A stretch of DNA of 25,759 bases from Hydrurus foetidus (lineage: Eukaryota). The position numbers and the translations under genes are program-made. Location of the stretch: NCBI GenBank assembly GCA_900617105.1, contig UYFQ01000265.1, forward strand, positions 124,001-149,759, in the 5' to 3' direction. Below are positions 1 to 9,938 of the stretch, one piece after another (position 1 is the first letter of the stretch; the number at the start of each line of letters is the position of its first letter). The notes under the pieces are model-generated. The model did no database searches and was not told where the DNA came from. It saw nothing but the letters and a program-made list of their open reading frames with translations.

Positions 1-33
1 AACTGCCGCCTTCTTTCGAATCCCTCTGACGAG

Positions 34-1221
34 ATGGCTAGCAAGGATAAACTTGCAACAAAGCACAACAAAGGAGAGCCTCAAGACAAGAAGCATGAGC
101 ACCGGCATTTCAAGAAAAGCGGCAGCTCTGTTATCACCAACCCTCAGATCTATAAGAAGATCAATCCTACCGACTTATCCGTAATTGGCATCAACTCGGG
201 TGGAAACATCTCACACATCAAGATGGCATTGATCACCTACTGCCAGAAAGAGCTCGGCCCAATATCGAAGATGTTTACAGAGATGGCGTAGCAGCGCGCC
301 ATCACCATCAATTATGATGAAGAAACTCTATCCAACGCAAATGATCCTCTTGGAATGGAAAAGGCACGAATCATCGGGAGGATGAAGCAAGCGGACGCCG
401 ACAACCACGCCTACGAAAAGTCGAAGACCAAACTCTACGGTATTATTAGTTCAATGACGACTGAGGAAGTCGACGAGAAACTTTCTGTCCACCGAGCTAC
501 CAACGAGTCTGAACCGCCTACAACAAACGCCTCCGCGACTGCTACATCGACAGCGGACGCCATCTCCCCACTTCCAAGAGACACGGCGTTTGTCAACTGC
601 CCTCTATCTCTTTGGAAAGACATTGTACATGTTGTGACGACAAAGACGGCCGGGAACAAACGGATCGACCAAGACAAAATCACGGTTGAAATCGCCACTA
701 TACGACAGAGACCAACTGAATCTCTGTCCGACTTCCACCACAGGATGTCACACACCATTGACAGCTTCGAGATGCTGGGACTAGAAAAGCCAGCAAGTGC
801 CACCCAAGCGATGCGGTTCATTCAAGGACTCGACAACGCACGTTACAGCTCAATGCAAACTTCATTTGCAAACGAGTTACATAATGGACGCGACCTTTAC
901 CCAACCGATCTCGCAAGTGCTGCACTAAAAGCATCGAGATGGATGGTAAGCGGGAAAACCTCCCAGGACCCCTTGCGTGCTCTCGCAGCAACCAAAAGCG
1001 GTAAGAACAGCAAGGGAGCAAAGGACAACAAGGGAGCAAAGGACAGAGGCAAGCCAAAGACAGCTAGCGAAGACAAGACCATGACTAAATGCGACTTCTG
1101 TGGCCGAACCAACCACAGCATGTCTGCGTGCTTTAAATTCAAGGAAGCCCAGTCAGCTGCACTCGCGGCGACAGAGGAGAAGGGAAAACGGATCCCAGGC
1201 CCCAAAAGGGGACGACTATGA
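34..1221 (+). pseudogene. gag: Copia-1 gag with an internal in-frame TAG (289-291)
   Basis: ORFs 34-291 and 355-1221 share a frame. Capsid-like motif IRQRPTESLSDFHHR, motif FIQGLD and zinc knuckle CDFCGRTNHSMSAC (~1090-1131). Confidence 0.85.
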
Positions 1222-4200
1222 TTGCAAAGAGCTACAAGGCCCCTGACTCGGATGACGAAGAACAGCACTACCTTGTGAACGTACACATCAAGTCGCACAC
1301 TGCATCAGTGCTAGCAGCTAAGAAGAGGACAGAGTCCCGAGACTGGGAAATTATCCTAGACACAGGAGCAAATGGCTTACTGTTTGCCAACACCTCCCTT
1401 GTGACTGAGATTCACAGTGAGGATACAGTGTCCTTCGACGGGATATCTGGTGTTCTGTCCACCGACACGGTCGGGGACTTCTACGGCCTGTGCAAGGTGC
1501 ACATACATAAAGACGCCATAGCCAATATCCTATCATTCTCACAACTGCGGAAGATGGGACACTCCATCACTTACGATCAGGGCGAGTGTCCCGATGACGA
1601 CAGCTTTACCATCGCCTACAGAGGGATGCAGCTCCGGTTCTCACACCGATCTGACGGCCTCTACGTACACGACACAAGACATGACCACACATGCCTCGTC
1701 GCGACAGTGGCAGAGAATGAGGCACAATACAGCAAACGCGAGGTGAGTCAGGCACGCGATGCACGTCAACTGCAGCGTCGTCTGGCTAACCCACCAGATG
1801 CCAAGCTCATTAAAGCACTCTCTACCGGAACTATACAGAACACTAGCGTTACTCCCGCTGATGTAACACGTGCTACCGAAATCTACGGGACCAGCATCGA
1901 GGCCCTTAAGGGGAGAACGACCGCAACTCGCGCTCTCCCCTTCCCACGTGAGACCTCAACACGCACTACAGCTGAGCAGAGCATGTATGCTGATATATTC
2001 TTCGCTGCCGGCAATGCCTTCGAGATCACCATCACTCACCCGATCGGGCACATCATATGCTCATACATCGACAAAACGGACACACCAACACTTCGACGTG
2101 CCCTACGCACTCACCTCGGGACGTACGGACAGCGGCGCATTGTCATACGCCATATCTACAGCGACAACGAGAAAGGCATTCTATGCATGGGGCAAGACTT
2201 TGCAGGCGCTGGCATCACCCTTCACCTTGCTGGTCCTGGTATGCATGTCCATATCGTTGAGCGCACTATTCGCTACGTCAAAGAAGGGGTACGAGGACTT
2301 CTTGCAGGACTCCCGTATCCCTGCCCTAGGATCATCTTCTTGCACATGGTCCCTTTCGTCGCGAACCGCATCAACATGTTTCCGTCCTCTACAAGGACGG
2401 ATAACATCTCAGCCTTCCAACTTATTTACAATCGGCACGTCAACGCAGCTATCGACTGCCAACTGGAGTTTGGTGCCTACTACCAGGTCCACAACCGACT
2501 CATGAACAATACCGTGGATACTCCACGCACCATTGGTGCTATTGGCCTTGGCCAATCGAATGACGGTAGTGGAACATGCACCTTCATAGGACTCCACAAC
2601 TTCGCCACCTTTAAGGCCAACACATTCAAGTTACTACCCATGCCAAATGAGGCTATCGCACTCCTCACCAGAATGGCTCTAGCTGACAAAATCAAGGTCA
2701 ACAAAGACCCGATCTTTCAGATCAGTGCACTGAACAGTCCTGCTCTGGACGACACTACCACGATCGACATCGCATCCACTCTCACGCCAGCTGAGGACAA
2801 CCTCCAAGACCTGAACCTGCTCGACTCTAACCACACCGACAGGTCACCATCACCAACCCCCAGCACACATCGCGCCGACGACCTACCATCACCATCATCA
2901 TTGATTCCAGTAGAGGCAGATAGTGGAGGAGATACTCCAATGCATGCTGACGACAGGCAAGTCGAACATATCGCCGACCCCACCGATGAAGTCACAGCAC
3001 TGGAAGAGCGCGATGCATCGCTGGCCGCTGATTCAGTTACCACTACAGTGGACAATTAGGACGACAATACTGCCAACGGACTAAAATCAACGGACCTTCT
3101 TTCATCAGCTCCACAGCCACATGTCTACCCAACGAGGATCCGCCGAGCTCCGGACAGACTGAACCTCCTATGCGTAAATCATATGACTGCTAGGAAGGCT
3201 CTTAAGGAGAACCCAGATGAAGCCTTCCAAGTCATCAGAAAAGAGCTAGAGACTCTCCTGCGGAAAAAGGCGTTCCATGGAAAGAACTACGACGACCTCG
3301 CACAGGAACTGCGGAAGGGAATCACTCGCTCACAAATGAATGTGACCCAGAAGTACGCACCGTCTAGCGACGGCAATGGGAGGGTGAAAGACAAGCTCAA
3401 GGCTCGCCTTGTCGGAGGCGGAGACTGCCAAGACCGCAACTTGTACTCACGAGCAGATACATCCTCCCCCACTGCAAGCACCTCTGCCATCCTCATCATA
3501 GCTCAACTTGCGGCAGCTGAGGGAAGACACGTAATATCCCTCGACATAGGGAGTGCGTACCTAAACACAAGGATGGCCAAGGACGACCCAAGCAAACTTG
3601 TTTTCATGGCCATTGCCCCAATCATCGCTGGCATTCTCACCGACATTGACCCATCATACAAGAAATTCCTTCGCCCCAACGGAAGCATCATCGTAGAGCT
3701 TGATCAAGCACTATACGGATGTATAGAGAGCGCACTCCTTTGGTACAAGGAGATCAGCTCCTTCCTGGGATCAATAGGATTCACCCCGAACCCGTAAGAG
3801 AAGTGCATTCTCAACAAGAAGCATGCGGGCGGGCAAACCACGATAGCTATATACGTGGATGACCTACTTATCACAAGCTCGAAGCAAGCCCAGGCTAAGG
3901 CAGTGGTGGATGCCCTCAGGGGTAAATACAAGGAGCTAAAGGTAACGACAGGTACTGTGCACAACTACTTAGGCATGGTGATGGACTTCTCCAAACCACC
4001 CTACGTGATAATCAATCAAGTCGGCATGATAGAGGATATCATTAGGAGAGCAAGAGATTGCCCAAGCCTCAAAATTCCGACAGCGAGTCCAAGGTCCCCC
4101 GCCATAGAGCAACTATTCGAGGTATCCCTAGACAGCCCCTCTCTCTCCGAGGACGCCCAGACCAACTTTCACTAACTACTCGCCCGGTTCAACTTCGTCG

Positions 4201-4467
4201 CCGGACGCGGAAGACAGGACTTCACCCTCGCACTACCTGGCCCTCTGAAACGGGTACTAATACCCAACGAAGAGGATGAACGAAAACTCGCTCGGTTCGT
4301 CGGATACGCGGCTAGCACAAGAGACCTCACTCTCCGATTGCGATGCCACCTTCCCCCTAAAGTAACGACCTTCATCGATGCATCCTTCGCAACACACTCC
4401 AACATGAGGTCACATTCAGGGGTATGCATCACACTGGGTACAGGGGCATACTACAGTAAGTCTACAG
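1218..4467 (+). pseudogene. pol: Copia-1 pol (protease, integrase, reverse transcriptase, N-terminal RNase H) with in-frame stops at 3057-3059, 3795-3797 and 4173-4175
   Basis: All in one frame: PR IILDTGA; INT YADIFF / YSDNEKG / HVHIVERTIRYVKE; RT LKARLVGGG, LDIGSAYLN, ALYGCIESALLW, YVDDLL; RNase H FIDASFA. Confidence 0.92.
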
Positions 4468-4727
4468 TGTGGTCTGGGGCGGGGCCTAGGACATTGGTGC
4501 TGTTGTTGGTGGGCGGTTGGTGCAAGCGGTGGGCAAGGAAAAGTGGAAGTCGGTGGAATAGACTTGTGTTAATATCTTACAGTTGAATAGATGAAGGTGA
4601 TGTGTACGCTAAGAGCACTCACGTCATATACGGAACTAAGACCTAAACTGGAATCTGGGCGTAATGGGCCTATTGTAACTAGTATACCTAGACACATTGT
4701 ATCCATATAGGGATGCATAAGGCTACA
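4468..4727 (-). repeat. Gypsy-A 3' LTR (260 bp)
   Basis: Matches 9955-10214 with 4 substitutions by manual comparison; preceded on the minus strand by the PPT. Confidence 0.97.
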
Positions 4728-4747
4728 CTACCCCTTCTTCCTTTTTT
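4728..4747 (-). promoter_or_regulatory. Gypsy-A polypurine tract
   Basis: Minus strand AAAAAAGGAAGAAGGGGTAG abuts the TGTAGCC LTR start. Confidence 0.9.
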
Positions 4748-4824
4748 GAAAATTCACGAATGTGTGATAAGAAATGAAAGAAAAAATATGTGTATATATT
4801 TATAGTATATGAGAACTTGAAACG

Positions 4825-4850
4825 ATTATGTCAGACTTTTACTGACTAAA
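4825..4850 (-). promoter_or_regulatory. Conserved 3'-UTR stem-loop motif (Gypsy-A copy)
   Basis: Minus strand TTTAGTCAGTAAAAGTCTGACATAAT; 25/26 identical to 25279-25304 in Gypsy-B2. Confidence 0.7.
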
Positions 4851-4929
4851 CTCTCCAAAAAAGACCCGTAGGTAAAAAAATAGGAGAGAATCCTCATGGA
4901 TAAAGTTTCAAGAATATATGCATATAAAG

Positions 4930-7900
4930 TCAACGGTGTTGTTTATTGATTAAATTTGTCATGTTATTATGACGTAAATAATCATGAAGTTTATCAACAT
5001 CACGAAGACTTGAATAAGGTTCCCAAGTGTTTTTGTCTGAAGGGTAATTTAACCATTTGACTAAAAACTCTATGTGGGTACGTTGATGTTTGCCACGATG
5101 ATCAAGAATATCTTCAACAAAGTATTCCATGTGATCACGTCGTGCAACATCTAACGGATTTGTGATTGATGGGTCAAATAGAAAAGGTTTCATTGCAGAA
5201 ACATGAAATTCTGATGTTTTCTGAGTGACTAGATCATAAAGTGTGTAACGCGAATTTTCGCCACTAACGACTTTTAATGGGCCTCTCCAATGCGTGTGAA
5301 GACGTGAAGGAGGAGTTCCATCGCGATAGTGCACTAAGACATAAGAGTCTTTTGGATACTCTACATGCTGAAAAATTTGAGACTGACTTTGATGAAGCAA
5401 ATCTGTGCGAAGAAGTTCTTTAGCAGAAGCTTTAAGAAGACTGTCTTGCGTTTTGAGTAGATTGCTCATACGCTTTGACAAAGGTTTGTCATCAGTAACA
5501 TTTCGCTCAGCAGGAGGTAAAAAGATACCTCTATCGAGTTTAAGTACATTTCCGAAAAGAAGTTGAGAAGATGATATTTTTAAACGATCACTGTGATTAG
5601 AATTTAAAATTCGTTGCACAAATGGAAGTGACGTTTTATAATCTTCTAGTGTGACATTATCGAATGTTAATGCACGAAGATGTCTATTAACTTCTTTATT
5701 CATGCGCTCAACAATAGCATTTTCTTCTTTAGAGTATGCTAAAGTAAGACAATGTTGAGTGCCAATAAGAGTTAGAAACTCTCTAATAACTTCGGAAATG
5801 AAGTGTGGCCCATTATCAGAACGGAGTTGGAGAGGTGCGCCGAAACGACCGAAGTGTTGCAAGAGGCATTTAGCTGTTGAAAGTGCTGTAGCATCTTCTG
5901 TATGAAACAGTTCAACCCATCTTGTGAACGTATCGATAATTACGAGTACGTACCCGCCGTCTGGAAACGGTCCTATGAAGTCTATGTTAAGGCATTCCAT
6001 AGGTGTGTAAGTAGAAGTCGAGAAACCATGAGCATGTATTGGTATCTTTAACATACTCATTTTCTGACAACACGAACAGTGATCTATGAACCACCTGACA
6101 TGCTGACGCATATATTGCCATACTATCTTTTTGTCAATGAGACGCTTTAGAGTGCGCTCAAGGCCAAAATGCCCAACTTGTGAATTGTGTACTTTACTGA
6201 TTGTATTGTACTGATCACGTGTTAGTTTGAATTTTTCAATAGTATTAGCAGACATGATTGCATCAGGAGTATATTCCTGAGGGAAATCAACCATGTTATT
6301 GCGACAGAGTCGAGACATCGAATCAGCTATATCATTGTTAGCACCAGGTATATATTCAATTTTAAATGAATATTCGGATAAGGCCATAAACCACCGAACA
6401 ATCATTGGATTTGAATTATCCTTGATGTATAACAAGTTACGATGATCTGTACGCAATGTGAACGTACGATCACGTAATAGCGATTTTAAATACGTGCACG
6501 AATAAAAGATAGCATATGCTTCTTTTTGTATAACAGCCCAACGAAGCTGAGCTTTGTTAAGTGATTTACTGACAAATGCTATGGGCGTCTCTTGACCGTC
6601 AACTAACTGGAAAAGATAGGCACCTACACCATAGTCCGATGCATCAGTGTGCAAGTAAATCGGATCGGTGTCACTTAAAAAGTGCATAGTCGTGCATTTT
6701 GAAATCTCAGATTTGATCAAATTGAATGCTCTGAGAGCTTCTATTGTCCAAGTTATTTTCTTATACTTATTATAGTTAAGAAGCAACTGATGTAACGGGT
6801 ATACAACAGTAGAAGCGTTTCTAACAAAGTCGTGAAAATAATTAACCAATCCTAAAAAACTTTTGAGTTGTTTAGATAGTACTGGTTTAGGAAAATCTAA
6901 GACAGTCCGTATTTTTTCTTGTGACATTCTAAGTCCATCTGCAGATAGAACTTTGCCAACATAGTCTATTTCGGCATAGCCTAGATAACACTTATTCGGT
7001 TTAAGGAATATTTTGTGTTTTCTAAAACGTTCAAACACAAGACGAAGTCTAGAAATAAGTTCGTCAATGTCTTTACCGAAAACATTGCAATCATCTATGT
7101 ACATTTCGCATATAGAGTATATCAGCCCTGCTAACACAACAGTCGTCATAATCTGTTGGAAATAGGAGGGTGCTTGTTTAGGCCCAAAGGGTAAACGAGT
7201 GAATTGATATACTCCGCAGAAAAGTATGAATGCAGTATAAGCACGTGCAGCGAGTGTAAGTGGTGCTTGATGGTACCCTTGAGTGAGGTCAAGTACAGCA
7301 AACACTTTTGCTTTATGTGCACCTATTCTACGCAACATCTCACCGATGTGTGGAATAGGATGTGATTTATCTTCGGTACAATTGTTGAGATTCCGAAAAT
7401 CAATACACATGCGCTTAGTTCCATCAGATTTTGGAACTAGTAAAACTTGGCTATAATAAGCCGCGTTTGATTTTTCAACAATATTTTGTTTTTCAAGTTT
7501 TTTAATTTGACTGAGAATGTCAGCTTGATCAACTGTTGATTTAGCCCATGGAGGTTGTCTATTTTTAGGAACTCTCCATTGGTCGTCATTGACATGAAAG
7601 TCAAACGGTGGAATATCAGCAGGAGTGGCCGAAAGTTCACTGCTAAATATATCCTTGAATTCGTGTACTAGTAACCGAAGTTTATTTTTCTGATCTTCAT
7701 CACCTGCTAAGTTTATTAGCGAGAGTGGGTCAGTATCAGGAAATTCATCTATCCAAGGTGAAAACGAGTCCTTGATCGAGTCGTCGATTTCGTCCTCATC
7801 AGGGGGCACAGCCTCAAAAAGTCTTTCAGACTCTTGTATTAGTGAAGCTAGAATAACGTGTGTTTGGGTTACTGCCGGTTTCACCTTTTGGGTTAAAGGA

Positions 7901-9852
7901 TCGACCTTTGGGGAGCCATCAGAGGGTTGCAACTTCTCCTTAGGCTGACAGCCACACGTTATATCCACTTGTTCAGAAGATAAAACTTCCGCTAATGAGG
8001 TAGTGCTTGATGAAGCATTGGCAGATATTTGATCGGGGAAACGTGAAAATAAATTCAATTCGCGAATTGTTTTTCGTCCCACTATTAGATCAAATTTCGA
8101 ATCGTTTAAAACATAAGCCGTGATTTGAAAAGTATAATAATTATTTAAATCAGGGCAAAAATAAGAAAGAGTTAAGTCTATAGTGTCAGAAATATCATAA
8201 CAATGATTATCTAATCCACTACAAACTTTACACAATTTCTTTGAAGAGTTAGAAACGAATTGTGTGAAATTATGATTAGTTATAATGCGGCGATGTATAA
8301 AGTTGCCAGCAAAAGAGCCGGTGTCCAGGAGAGTAAAGACTCTATTACTTTTTTCCAGCATAACCTCCTGTGAGAGGGGAGATACGAAGAAAGGAATAAG
8401 TTCTGGATCATCGGAAAGAATAGATGATGAATTTAGGTTGCATAGTTGCTCACCTTTGTGTTTCTTCGCAGCGTTTGTCGAGTCTGCTGTTGAAGTAGCA
8501 GGTTTTGACGAAGAAGAAGAAGAAGACGATGAAGAAGAGGTCGATGTCTTAGGTAAAGTTGGAATAAACTTAGCCTTTGAATCGACTTTCAACAACTGCT
8601 TATGACCCTCAGAGTTGATATAGGGTGCGTCTGTACTGTTATAGTACGGAGACGTAGTGTAGAAACACGTGGCGACGAAATGGCCAAGTCTCCCACAACC
8701 TGTGCACAGAGGTCTTTCGAATTTGTCAGACTTGTCTGATTGCACAGATTGTTCGCTCTCTCGTGGACGTTTTTTGATTTTGTCCTGAGAGGAACGAGGA
8801 GGAGCTTTGATTTGGCGAGAGTGATCACCATACAAAGGAGAGACATCAATGAACCGTAAGGCATCAATTGATTCTCGTAGCTTAGCAAGCTGCGCAAGCC
8901 ATACGAATCGAAAGTCTTCGATTGTAATGAGTCTTGGCGTTGTATTGTTAAGACTACGCTGTAACACTGCTCTCCAATTGATAGGTTCGACAGGCAACTT
9001 ATCGATGAGAATTTTGGTTGCCTGAAGTTGGAGAGCGGGTGTTGCATCAGGGAATCCATCAACAATATCAGCTAAAAGCTGATCTGTCTTGTCTTCCACT
9101 GATTTATCCTTCAGGTCGAATTGAAGTGCGACCTGAGAGACAGTTTCAATGAAACTCAGCTTGTCAGTTCGATTGACAGCTGATGTAGGAACTGTGAGAT
9201 TGAGTTCTCTACAGAACAATTGATTCGACCAATGTTTCCAATTGTTACAGGAGTCGCGACGATCGGGATCAGTTGCAAACTTACGCTTGAGAAGCGTTGT
9301 AAACGATTGATGGTTGGAAACATGGATTACATCAACTGGTCTAAATGGAGTTCCATTAGAAAGGAGGACCTCCATTACCCGTAGTACTTCCTGACGAGAG
9401 GGCACGGCGCTCAACTTAGGAGCTCTCTCACCCGTTTGCACATAGTGCTGAGGTGGTGCCATCGAACGTGGAATCTCAGCAATAGCTGGTGTCGCAGACG
9501 AATCTGGTGTCGCAGACGAATCTGGTGTCTCAGCCGAAGCTGGTATCTCAGCCGAAGCTGGTGTCGCAGTCGAAACTGGTGATAACGTTAGAGCGAATAA
9601 AGCAGATAAAACAGGAACATCAAGGACAGACGAGACCGCAGGCTCCGAATTCCGCTGAGGAATCGGTGCAGACAGGTCGCCGGCGGGGTCCTGAGCCGCA
9701 GGTGGCCCAGGAGACTCGATGTTATCTCCTCCACGATTGTGGTGCTCCTCGTAACGTTGTCGGAAGGCGACGGCGACAGCTCTAGGGGGCTGTCGTTGTC
9801 GGCGAAGGGAGTTGATGGTGCTAATCCTCTTGTCCTGGCGTCGGAGAGCCAT
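4930..9852 (-). CDS. gag-pol: Gypsy-A Gag-Pol polyprotein (Gag, CCHC, aspartic protease, RT, RNase H, integrase, chromodomain); first ATG at 9852, frame open from 9921
   Basis: CTGCGRLGHFVATC; LLDTGS; RMCIDFRNLN, LDLTQGYHQ, LPFGPKQAP, YIDD; TDASDYGVG; H-x5-H...CSCC; IDFIGP / SDNGPHF / IVERMNK; WRGPLKV; YFVEDILDHRG...FLVKWLNY...NTWEPY. No internal stop. Confidence 0.96.
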   Translation of the reverse strand: MALRRQDKRISTINSLRRQRQPPRAVAVAFRQRYEEHHNRGGDNIESPGPPAAQDPAGDLSAPIPQRNSEPAVSSVLDVPVLSALFALTLSPVSTATPASAEIPASAETPDSSATPDSSATPAIAEIPRSMAPPQHYVQTGERAPKLSAVPSRQEVLRVMEVLLSNGTPFRPVDVIHVSNHQSFTTLLKRKFATDPDRRDSCNNWKHWSNQLFCRELNLTVPTSAVNRTDKLSFIETVSQVALQFDLKDKSVEDKTDQLLADIVDGFPDATPALQLQATKILIDKLPVEPINWRAVLQRSLNNTTPRLITIEDFRFVWLAQLAKLRESIDALRFIDVSPLYGDHSRQIKAPPRSSQDKIKKRPRESEQSVQSDKSDKFERPLCTGCGRLGHFVATCFYTTSPYYNSTDAPYINSEGHKQLLKVDSKAKFIPTLPKTSTSSSSSSSSSSSKPATSTADSTNAAKKHKGEQLCNLNSSSILSDDPELIPFFVSPLSQEVMLEKSNRVFTLLDTGSFAGNFIHRRIITNHNFTQFVSNSSKKLCKVCSGLDNHCYDISDTIDLTLSYFCPDLNNYYTFQITAYVLNDSKFDLIVGRKTIRELNLFSRFPDQISANASSSTTSLAEVLSSEQVDITCGCQPKEKLQPSDGSPKVDPLTQKVKPAVTQTHVILASLIQESERLFEAVPPDEDEIDDSIKDSFSPWIDEFPDTDPLSLINLAGDEDQKNKLRLLVHEFKDIFSSELSATPADIPPFDFHVNDDQWRVPKNRQPPWAKSTVDQADILSQIKKLEKQNIVEKSNAAYYSQVLLVPKSDGTKRMCIDFRNLNNCTEDKSHPIPHIGEMLRRIGAHKAKVFAVLDLTQGYHQAPLTLAARAYTAFILFCGVYQFTRLPFGPKQAPSYFQQIMTTVVLAGLIYSICEMYIDDCNVFGKDIDELISRLRLVFERFRKHKIFLKPNKCYLGYAEIDYVGKVLSADGLRMSQEKIRTVLDFPKPVLSKQLKSFLGLVNYFHDFVRNASTVVYPLHQLLLNYNKYKKITWTIEALRAFNLIKSEISKCTTMHFLSDTDPIYLHTDASDYGVGAYLFQLVDGQETPIAFVSKSLNKAQLRWAVIQKEAYAIFYSCTYLKSLLRDRTFTLRTDHRNLLYIKDNSNPMIVRWFMALSEYSFKIEYIPGANNDIADSMSRLCRNNMVDFPQEYTPDAIMSANTIEKFKLTRDQYNTISKVHNSQVGHFGLERTLKRLIDKKIVWQYMRQHVRWFIDHCSCCQKMSMLKIPIHAHGFSTSTYTPMECLNIDFIGPFPDGGYVLVIIDTFTRWVELFHTEDATALSTAKCLLQHFGRFGAPLQLRSDNGPHFISEVIREFLTLIGTQHCLTLAYSKEENAIVERMNKEVNRHLRALTFDNVTLEDYKTSLPFVQRILNSNHSDRLKISSSQLLFGNVLKLDRGIFLPPAERNVTDDKPLSKRMSNLLKTQDSLLKASAKELLRTDLLHQSQSQIFQHVEYPKDSYVLVHYRDGTPPSRLHTHWRGPLKVVSGENSRYTLYDLVTQKTSEFHVSAMKPFLFDPSITNPLDVARRDHMEYFVEDILDHRGKHQRTHIEFLVKWLNYPSDKNTWEPYSSLRDVDKLHDYLRHNNMTNLINKQHR
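9486..9581. repeat. 18-bp tandem repeat (~5.3 copies) in the Gypsy-A Gag N-terminal region
   Basis: Units CTGGTGTCGCAGACGAAT x2, CTGGTGTCTCAGCCGAAG, CTGGTATCTCAGCCGAAG, CTGGTGTCGCAGTCGAAA, then CTGGTG; encode hexapeptides such as SAETPD / SSATPA. Confidence 0.9.
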
Positions 9853-9938
9853 TGTCTTCGACTGTCGGATATGAGTGATGGGATTTGAAAATGATGGCGT
9901 GGAGAAATGAATTTCTCGCAAAAAAAAGCTTTGGTATC

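Noticed and set aside
1011..1045. 18-bp duplication in Copia-1 gag and (GAA)n poly-Ser run at ~8507-8540
   Set aside because: Ordinary slippage in low-complexity Gag linkers.
289..4175. RIP-like hypermutation as the cause of the Copia-1 stops
   Set aside because: At least two stops are best explained by transversions (Tyr to TAA at 3795, Ser to TAA at 4173), and the LTR differences include transversions; no pervasive C-to-T signature.
435..4432. Numerous short minus-strand and alternate-frame ORFs over Copia and Gypsy coding regions
   Set aside because: Shadow ORFs overlapping recognisable gag/pol frames, with no motifs of their own.
4338..4586. ORFs 4338-4586, 9885-10073 and 10200-10589 as independent genes
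   Set aside because: They are chimeric read-throughs across LTR junctions; the shared peptide WSGAGPRT... is translated antisense LTR.
9486..9581. CRISPR-like array
   Set aside because: Contiguous 18-bp tandem units with no unique spacers, inside a retrotransposon ORF; no cas genes.
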